Shown: in pieces, positions 56,809 through 64,000 of the stretch | How positions within the stretch are numbered: the first letter of the stretch is position 1 | How the letters are laid out: every line of letters begins with the position of its first letter | Virus record (IMG/VR): IMGVR_UViG_3300044640_002305 | DNA: 64,000 nt | DNA from: an uncultured virus (IMG/VR IMGVR_UViG_3300044640_002305) | Taxonomy: Duplodnaviria > Heunggongvirae > Uroviricota > Caudoviricetes | Reading direction: 5' to 3' (one strand) | Notes under the pieces: generated by a model | What the model was told of the DNA's origin: nothing | The model's input: the letters and a program-made list of their open reading frames with translations, nothing else | The model's database searches: none | Position numbers and translations under genes: made by a program

Positions 56809-59708
56809 CCTAAATAAGTTATTCCATCACTAGGTCCATTTGAGTCCCCGTTATTACCTGTAAATATGCCAGGTTGTTTATCTTCTGAATTACATTTAAA
56901 ACAAAAAAGACATTTCATACAATTGTTGTTGGGACAGTTAGGGTCATTAACAACTCTCCTACATTTAAGGGGTATTTTGGTGCCGCTTAAACAAGTACTG
57001 TTAGCTTCTGTAACCCCAATTTCATCAAACCCTAGTTGTATTGCTTCCGTAACCCCATAATTATTAGTGAAATCAGTGTTAGGTTTATATTGTACAGCCC
57101 CACCATGTAATATACCACCAACATATAAAGCGTCTGTACTAACACCTATTTCAGATGTATCTACTAAAACACCATTTTTGTTTTTTACATCACGACAAAA
57201 TTTATTTGCTTTAGAGAATGCTAATCCATACCCATTATAGGTTGGGTTTTGTGGGTCATAAAAAGGTCCGTAATAAACATCACTGTCTGTTGTTTGCATA
57301 GCTATTTTAGTTCCTCTATCTAAAACCGTTTGTGCTGACCTAGGTGTCATTTGTCCATGACAACTTGAGCACTTACTATTAAAATAAGGTCCTGATGTCG
57401 ATATATCTAATGAACTACTATAAGATTTGGCACAACAACCACCTTTAGCATTACTGAATCCATAATTCCATAAATGTGGTACTGTTGTCCCAGTACCAAA
57501 AGTAGCTTCTTTCGTTGGATTTGATGTTGTTAACGTAAAATAAGGTTGTTGTAAAAATATATTACTATTCGACTGGTCTACTAAATTAATATCAATCTCA
57601 CTTAAATTATTAAATCCACCTAATTGACATGTCGGTGAGACATTTGTAAAAGAATATGTAAGATTATTATTTAATGTGTTTATTAAATTTGTGGCAACAT
57701 AAGCGTAGTTTTTCCAACCACCATGGGAACTAGGTCCAACTGGTGCGTCACTTTGTTGTACCGTAGTTTTTGTTAATGGATTATCATTTAAAAATTCTGT
57801 ATTATCTTTAGTTCCAGGTTTTAAAAATATATAAGGTGAATCGTATCTAGTTTTACTAAATAAACCAATATCTACTGAACTACTATTTTCTGAATTTATT
57901 TTAGGATAACTTTTACTGTATTCAATAAACCCATCACCGTTTCTATCAAAATAAGAAACATAATTTTCTTTTACTGAACAGGTAAAAGTTAATTCTTTTA
58001 ATAATTCATTAGGATTACTAAAATAATTTAAACTATTATTACTACTATTATCGATTACTGTAGTATTAATTGAATCACCAAAATCATTTAGAACAGTAAC
58101 TATAGGGTTAGCATAAAATGTACCAACAGCTATACCTGTTGTTGATGGTGCCCAAGGAACTATATTACTAGGGTTTTTATATCCCATTAAATAATCTGAC
58201 CACGTTTTACCTTTAACCTCTACCGAACCATTAGATATATAATGAAAAGTTTCACCATTATTTTGTCTGTTACTCGGTGTCCCTAAAAAAGTATTTATTT
58301 CTGATATATTTTGTGACCATACAAAACTACTCACGTCTGTTGTTGGTGTAGGTGGTGTAGGTGTGGGTGATGACGTACTACCCTTTATTAGTTGTAGTCT
58401 TAAATATTTAGCATATTTTTCGTATTCACTGATATTTTCATCAGAATTTATGTAAGTAATTTTAACTTTTGTATTAGTATTTGGTTTTAAAATAATATCC
58501 CTATAAGGTTTTGTTGTATAATATTTAGGAATAGTAGTTGTTGATTTTGCTTTCCATATTCTAACTTTATTATCTAACGTATAAGATTCCTTACTTTGAT
58601 TAAAAGATATATCGTTATCTAAATTTTGTATTAAAGTATTTCCAGGTAATAATGGCATAAAACCATTACCTTCATCGATTTCTATTTTTACAGAAGCACC
58701 ATACCAACCACCTTTAGTAAAGTTATTCTCACCGTCTAATTGATTTATTAACCTTAATGTTAAGGTACAATCTGTTTTTTTAATAAATAATTGTTGTGTA
58801 TCGTTTAATAAAAGATTATCATTCCAAGGGCCCCAATCAGTATAAAATGCTAAGCAATTTAATTCATCATAACCACTGTTAGCCGATTTTTTATAATTTT
58901 CTACACTATTGTAAGTACAACAAGTATTGTCAAAACATGGTGTGTATCCATTAACACCAACTAATGAAACATCATAATTACTCGCACTTGGGTCATTACA
59001 AAATTCTACTGGTTGTAGTGTGTCACCACCATTAGATGATGTAGTAACACAAGCTTTACCACTACCTAAGACACTTATAACACCGTAATTTTCTGCGGCT
59101 GTACATAAACCATTTGTGTAATCACCTGTCTGTGTGTTAAAATATATTGAAGTAGCTATACTCCAACTACCTAAATATGGTCCCCATATTGCAACAATAT
59201 CAGTTGTTAAATTAAGGGTTGTTAAATTAGTTTCACCTTTACATGTTTGGTTGACTGGGGTTACATCCATACCAGATAAAATTATCTGTTGCCCAACTTG
59301 TAAATTTGCTGCGTCTATGTCTGTGGTTGTTAACCAAATTAAATTACCCTCAGATATTGGTAAAGTGTCTCCTTGTGGCCAAGGATTAAAAACACTCCAA
59401 TCTCTTATGTCAATACAAATGGGTGTTGGCGTAGTAGTGGTGTTACCAGAACTACTCGTGTTATGACCTGGATTAGATATTACAAGACCTTCATTCCATA
59501 TACTACTAAAATCTACTAATTCAAATTTAGGTTTTCCTTCACCTTTTATATAATGACCAATATTTTTAATATCTTGTTCTAAACCAAATTGTATATAATA
59601 AAAATCGGAAATAGGTCGATAGACAATGGTATCTTTAATACCATCCCCATCACTATCAATTAATTTAAATGACTTATAATAAGGTATCTTTCTATCATAA
59701 AAACTCAT
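56805..59708 (-). CDS. Large Cys/Thr-rich virion protein
   Basis: 967 aa; CNDPSASNY motif, PT linkers. Confidence 0.6.
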   Translation of the reverse strand: MSFYDRKIPYYKSFKLIDSDGDGIKDTIVYRPISDFYYIQFGLEQDIKNIGHYIKGEGKPKFELVDFSSIWNEGLVISNPGHNTSSSGNTTTTPTPICIDIRDWSVFNPWPQGDTLPISEGNLIWLTTTDIDAANLQVGQQIILSGMDVTPVNQTCKGETNLTTLNLTTDIVAIWGPYLGSWSIATSIYFNTQTGDYTNGLCTAAENYGVISVLGSGKACVTTSSNGGDTLQPVEFCNDPSASNYDVSLVGVNGYTPCFDNTCCTYNSVENYKKSANSGYDELNCLAFYTDWGPWNDNLLLNDTQQLFIKKTDCTLTLRLINQLDGENNFTKGGWYGASVKIEIDEGNGFMPLLPGNTLIQNLDNDISFNQSKESYTLDNKVRIWKAKSTTTIPKYYTTKPYRDIILKPNTNTKVKITYINSDENISEYEKYAKYLRLQLIKGSTSSPTPTPPTPTTDVSSFVWSQNISEINTFLGTPSNRQNNGETFHYISNGSVEVKGKTWSDYLMGYKNPSNIVPWAPSTTGIAVGTFYANPIVTVLNDFGDSINTTVIDNSSNNSLNYFSNPNELLKELTFTCSVKENYVSYFDRNGDGFIEYSKSYPKINSENSSSVDIGLFSKTRYDSPYIFLKPGTKDNTEFLNDNPLTKTTVQQSDAPVGPSSHGGWKNYAYVATNLINTLNNNLTYSFTNVSPTCQLGGFNNLSEIDINLVDQSNSNIFLQQPYFTLTTSNPTKEATFGTGTTVPHLWNYGFSNAKGGCCAKSYSSSLDISTSGPYFNSKCSSCHGQMTPRSAQTVLDRGTKIAMQTTDSDVYYGPFYDPQNPTYNGYGLAFSKANKFCRDVKNKNGVLVDTSEIGVSTDALYVGGILHGGAVQYKPNTDFTNNYGVTEAIQLGFDEIGVTEANSTCLSGTKIPLKCRRVVNDPNCPNNNCMKCLFCFKCNSEDKQPGIFTGNNGDSNGPSDGITYLG

Positions 59709-60700
59709 TATGTACTTAATATAAATTCTGTCATTGTTATTGTATTTTGTGTGTTTGCACCAATACCTGGTTCTACCCTAAACCAACGATTACCGTTATT
59801 AGTAGTAGGGTTTAAAATAGTGATTTGGCTTGTTTTCCAAGTTTGGTTATTAGCTAAATCACTTACAGTTATTGGTGACGCAATATAAATTGGTACATTA
59901 AAAAATCTATGGACTCTACCTGTTTTAGCGTTAAAAAATCTAGCCTCCATATAAATTTTTTTATTACCCGTACCTGTAATTGGGTTGTCGGACATTAACC
60001 AATAAATTTTATTTAAATTAAACGAAGGCATTGTACTACCATTAGCAGATATATCTTCTGATGACAATAAATTTTGTTTTTTATTATTATTACTGTCATA
60101 AAAATATAACCTAAAAAAACTTTTTTTAAAGTTATTTTTAACACCAATATCTTGTGGTACAAATCCAGCGGTAATATAATTAGGGGTATCATACATACCA
60201 CTATCCTTATTATAAAATCTAAAATTTATAGTTACAGTATTATAATTTTCAGGGATGTATTTAACTTTTTCTCCATCTATAATTGGGTTTATGGCTTTTT
60301 TCTTTTCTCTTTCAATAAAATTATCGATATCATCAGAATAATCTACAACCTCAAATTTAACATTTATAGGTATGTTAATATTTTTGTAATTATAATCAGG
60401 GTTTATTGTATTACCTGAAGAAATTAAAATACCACCCTCTGATACATCAAAATATCCACCAATATTTTCAATTAATGCTGTTTTTAAATTACTAAAAGAA
60501 CTTTTGGTAAAATAATTTTTACCGATATTTTTAGGTATTTGTAATTGATTGCCAGATTGCCCAGGTTTAATAGCATAAGTAGTTAAATAATCAGTAAACT
60601 GTTGTGTACCCGTAACTACGTTGACCATCGGTTCTACTGTTCCACCTGTTATTGTGGGGTAATTTAATCTTATTTTATATCTATACGTACTCATTAACAC
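59708..60700 (-). CDS. Structural-module protein
   Basis: FKKSFFRLYFYDS, YMEARFFNAKTG. Confidence 0.6.
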   Translation of the reverse strand: MLMSTYRYKIRLNYPTITGGTVEPMVNVVTGTQQFTDYLTTYAIKPGQSGNQLQIPKNIGKNYFTKSSFSNLKTALIENIGGYFDVSEGGILISSGNTINPDYNYKNINIPINVKFEVVDYSDDIDNFIEREKKKAINPIIDGEKVKYIPENYNTVTINFRFYNKDSGMYDTPNYITAGFVPQDIGVKNNFKKSFFRLYFYDSNNNKKQNLLSSEDISANGSTMPSFNLNKIYWLMSDNPITGTGNKKIYMEARFFNAKTGRVHRFFNVPIYIASPITVSDLANNQTWKTSQITILNPTTNNGNRWFRVEPGIGANTQNTITMTEFILST

Positions 60701-62508
60701 TTAACTGTTGCTGAAGGGTTCACCGTTAAAGGTTCAATTGTTATTTCTGGTATTTGTCTCCTAACATATATAAATTTATTTAAATATATATAGTTAGCAC
60801 CATTTAAAAATGGGTAATTAACGCCATTGTCACCATTTTCTATATAACCTGGTTCTAGAATATCCCTCCATTCAAGAGAACCATTAGGTCTTAATTCTGA
60901 ATCACCAGGAATACCAACAACGTTTTGTCCAACATATGCTGATTCAATAATATTAGAAAATTTCCTAATGTCTAATTTAGAGAAAGGGTCTATATAATAA
61001 CCTTTTTCGGGTGTGTTATTAGTATTTAAAGCAAATCTATGTATTATTTTAGAAACTGTTCTTTCTAAAATATCCCCTCTATTATATTCAACAAAGTCAC
61101 CAAAATACTCACTAGTTTTGGGTATGTTTTTTTCAATAGTCCCTATACCGCTTGGGTTATTAAGTGATATTGTTTCTATTTTGTTAGAACTATCTGCGTA
61201 ACTATATTCAAAATCCCAATTAGCGGTTACATCTGACCAATTAAAATTATTTGCTCCTGCTCTTTTTATTGTACCTAGGTATAGTTGGGTTAATTCACCG
61301 TCTTTATGACTGTATATAAACTTAGTATTTATGTCTTGTATAAAGGTAAATAACCAAGTATCGTTAGCTATAGCTAATTTATTAATTTTAGTTTTTGGGT
61401 AAATGTTAGTACCAAATGAAGTTGCTTTATTAACTTCGTAATCATTACCTGTTAACAAAGTAAATTTTCTTATATAATAATCTGACGGTATACCATCCAT
61501 TCTTCTAAATGGTATACTTAAATTATTAATATTTAACCCAGGTATATTACTTATTTTTAAATCAATAATAAAATTGTATCTATCAATAATTTTTTCAACC
61601 CTATATAAACCATTGAGTATAAAAGGTCCATTTACGGTTCTTATGTCTATGTAATCAGAAACCCTTAAATTATGTGTTAATGCTGAAAAGCTGGGTGATA
61701 GGTTACCTGTAGTTACTTTGGTATAATTTGCATTAGTAGAGGTTCCACTTAAATCTGTAGATACTACTTTTATAATGTTCTGTGTGTTAAGAAAATTTAT
61801 GTCGTTATCAGAAACATTTATCACTCTTTTTAAAATCAATTCATTATCGGGACCAATATATTTAGTTGTTAACCTAAATTTTGTTTCCGAATACTGTCCG
61901 TTAACACCTAAAAAATCTACATCATGAAAACCAGTATAAATACTATTATGTGTGTTACTGTATATGTAACAAAAATCACCCTCAACCAATTTATTTTTTT
62001 GTTGGGTCTCCAATAAAACTTGTTCTTTAGTGCCAGAAGGGTCAGTAGAAATTAAATTTTTTATAGTAATACCTTTATAAGCCTGATTGTCTCCTACTTT
62101 AGTGTATTTATCAATTTTACTAGGGTACAGTATTTGTAAAACCCAATTATTTGGTATAGGTGGGTTTTGATTAGTTATTACATTACCAGAACCAAAAAGT
62201 GGGGTCCAATCAGAATTGTTTGGTCTTGTTATACCAATAGTTTGTGGGTTAGCCCCTGTTGTAACTGTTGTTGCTGTGTAATTAATTGAATTGTCGGTAA
62301 TAATGTTTAATCTACCTAGAATTCTATATTTTGTAGAATTGTCTCTTTCATCTTGAAAAACTTGGTCTGCACTAAGGATTGAAATAATTTTATTAAAATT
62401 ATTTTTTAACGGACTAAGGCTGCTATCTAAATTTAATTTATAGTTAAAATTAGTGTCAGGGGCCATTTTATATCTAGCCCTACCCAATAGTTGTTCAATT
62501 CTTTCCAT
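60694..62508 (-). CDS. Structural-module protein
   Basis: F..ER..S.KYR..G N-terminus; WRDIL..G....YPFLNG C-terminus. Confidence 0.6.
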   Translation of the reverse strand: MERIEQLLGRARYKMAPDTNFNYKLNLDSSLSPLKNNFNKIISILSADQVFQDERDNSTKYRILGRLNIITDNSINYTATTVTTGANPQTIGITRPNNSDWTPLFGSGNVITNQNPPIPNNWVLQILYPSKIDKYTKVGDNQAYKGITIKNLISTDPSGTKEQVLLETQQKNKLVEGDFCYIYSNTHNSIYTGFHDVDFLGVNGQYSETKFRLTTKYIGPDNELILKRVINVSDNDINFLNTQNIIKVVSTDLSGTSTNANYTKVTTGNLSPSFSALTHNLRVSDYIDIRTVNGPFILNGLYRVEKIIDRYNFIIDLKISNIPGLNINNLSIPFRRMDGIPSDYYIRKFTLLTGNDYEVNKATSFGTNIYPKTKINKLAIANDTWLFTFIQDINTKFIYSHKDGELTQLYLGTIKRAGANNFNWSDVTANWDFEYSYADSSNKIETISLNNPSGIGTIEKNIPKTSEYFGDFVEYNRGDILERTVSKIIHRFALNTNNTPEKGYYIDPFSKLDIRKFSNIIESAYVGQNVVGIPGDSELRPNGSLEWRDILEPGYIENGDNGVNYPFLNGANYIYLNKFIYVRRQIPEITIEPLTVNPSATVKC

Positions 62509-62510
62509 TG

Positions 62511-64000
62511 TTACCCTTCAGTTACAGTCGAACTTCTCTTAATCCTTACTTTTATATCCCTTTCAGGGAACTTAATTTCAAACATAGAGTCTATATCACC
62601 AAATAAAGCGTAATCAGAACCTAAATCAATTAGTTTACCATTATTAAATGGTATAACACCATTTACTAAAGATTCTGGTATGAAATTTTGTGATGTTTGG
62701 TTTAATGAATAAGGAGAACTTATTAAATTGTAAGCTCTTATATCAATAACATTTAGTACACCACCAACATTATTAATGTTTTCAACCAATTGAGCGATAT
62801 AAATATTATCACCCATTTCCCACTTCTTAACATCAAAATAATTTTTAACACTAGTAATAACGTTATTAATTAATTCTGATTGATTAATCTGTTTATCTAT
62901 AAATAAGTCTATTTCAAATCCTAGGTTAACTACTTTACCATCACCAACTAATACGTAATCATTTATCATTCTATAATCTGATAACCAAGTTGCTATATTT
63001 TCTTTTAGAGTATTAGTAGATTGGTTTGTTAACTTACCTGAAGCATCTAAACCTAGTGTATAAATAATTACTTTATTTTGTTCCTCAGCTATTTTATGTC
63101 TATAAGGTGAGCCGTATCTACCAGGTATTTTAGCTAAAATAGCTTCATAATCTTTAATAGTAACCGCTCTATTTTGTGAGGCAAAATTATACTTTGTATA
63201 TTGTCTTATTTGGTCAACTGAAGGTACCCCAGCTCCACCTATTGCTGGAATTGGGTTATTAACTCTTAACGACCTTATTACCGATTGATTTGTTGGTGTG
63301 TTGGGTCCATTTACATTTAAAGTAACATTACCAATTGCGTTTATAGCATTAGGTCCTATATTACTACTAGGTCCACCACCAACTCTATATCTAATAAATA
63401 AGGTTGTGTTTGGTTTAATTATTTCACCTAAAGCTGTAGTATTTATAAAGTCACCTATTTTTATACCAGTTGTAGATATGTTTTGTAATTGTTCATCGTC
63501 TGTACTAACACCACTACCAAAAGTTAATTTACAGTAATTATTATCAGTAAATTCTCTAACAAATTTTCTTGTTGTGTGAACATACTTACCAGGTTTAACC
63601 GCTTCATTATCAGTAGTTCTACTAGTGTCTTCAATAAAAACTTTATCTTCAGCTAACGAATCCATTTCATACCATCTTAAATCTGGGTCAATGAACTGGT
63701 CTATTGTTGGGTTATTACTATAATTTGTACCTTCAAGATTTATTATACTTTCAATTGAAAGTACGTTTGTATCAGGTAAAAATATTTCAAAGAAAGGTAC
63801 TGACTCACTTTGTGAGATACTCTTTTTAAAGATTTTCGTTAAACCATTAATTACTAACTCTCTTTTAACTATAGTATAATTTTGTAATGTACCATTATCA
63901 TCTATGTTAGGTAGAATTAATCTATTAGGTGTACCACCTACAGTATAAGGTGAAGAAAAGTCTATATCCTCTAAATTTTCAAATACTTGTCCACCACCTA
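62511..64000 (-). CDS. Baseplate wedge subunit (T4 gp6-like), 5' end outside the window
   Basis: Frame stays open upstream of the track start (RWYEMDSLAED); LTFGSG, YRVGGG, NFASQNRAVTIKDY. Confidence 0.85.
   Translation of the reverse strand, partial: GGGQVFENLEDIDFSSPYTVGGTPNRLILPNIDDNGTLQNYTIVKRELVINGLTKIFKKSISQSESVPFFEIFLPDTNVLSIESIINLEGTNYSNNPTIDQFIDPDLRWYEMDSLAEDKVFIEDTSRTTDNEAVKPGKYVHTTRKFVREFTDNNYCKLTFGSGVSTDDEQLQNISTTGIKIGDFINTTALGEIIKPNTTLFIRYRVGGGPSSNIGPNAINAIGNVTLNVNGPNTPTNQSVIRSLRVNNPIPAIGGAGVPSVDQIRQYTKYNFASQNRAVTIKDYEAILAKIPGRYGSPYRHKIAEEQNKVIIYTLGLDASGKLTNQSTNTLKENIATWLSDYRMINDYVLVGDGKVVNLGFEIDLFIDKQINQSELINNVITSVKNYFDVKKWEMGDNIYIAQLVENINNVGGVLNVIDIRAYNLISSPYSLNQTSQNFIPESLVNGVIPFNNGKLIDLGSDYALFGDIDSMFEIKFPERDIKVRIKRSSTVTEG

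Noticed and set aside
2484..63537. Numerous short plus-strand and nested ORFs in the track (e.g. 2484, 17753, 20479, 22041, 28574, 31033, 59134)
   Set aside because: They are antisense or out-of-frame shadows of longer, motif-bearing minus-strand genes and have low-complexity F/S/L-rich translations.
1..64000. Stop-codon reassignment
   Set aside because: Conserved genes are full length and densely packed under the standard code, with no systematic TAG or TGA interruptions.

Overview
AT-rich, gene-dense 64-kb segment of a large tailed (T4-like/jumbo, myovirus-type) bacteriophage, read in the standard genetic code with nearly all genes on the minus strand. TTTG-N19/20-TAnnTTTG promoters and host-like Hc1, CobB and sigma-70 genes point to a Bacteroidota host (inference). 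The right third (~39.8-64 kb) is a baseplate/tail structural module. The centre holds RuvC, primase, a PD-(D/E)XK exonuclease, SbcD/SbcC, a sigma factor and Sir2. The left part holds lysis genes, chaperones (DnaJ, SlyD), RNase HII, NUDIX, Mom-like DNA-modification genes and many putative head-internal proteins with an IRKILKE-type leader. Three features stand out. (1) About nine small genes at two loci carry shuffled fragments of major capsid, terminase or tail-sheath motifs and share a short terminal P-x-K-x-I-x-K-(H/F)-x-(F/L) tag, a candidate decoy/interference system. (2) A Ro60/TROVE-like DUF2828 gene is followed directly by two structured non-coding RNAs that share a 16-nt motif, then a terminator. 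(3) A small self-contained twin-hairpin RNA has matching CAGAAY loops. All protein calls come from motif recognition by eye, not from database searches.
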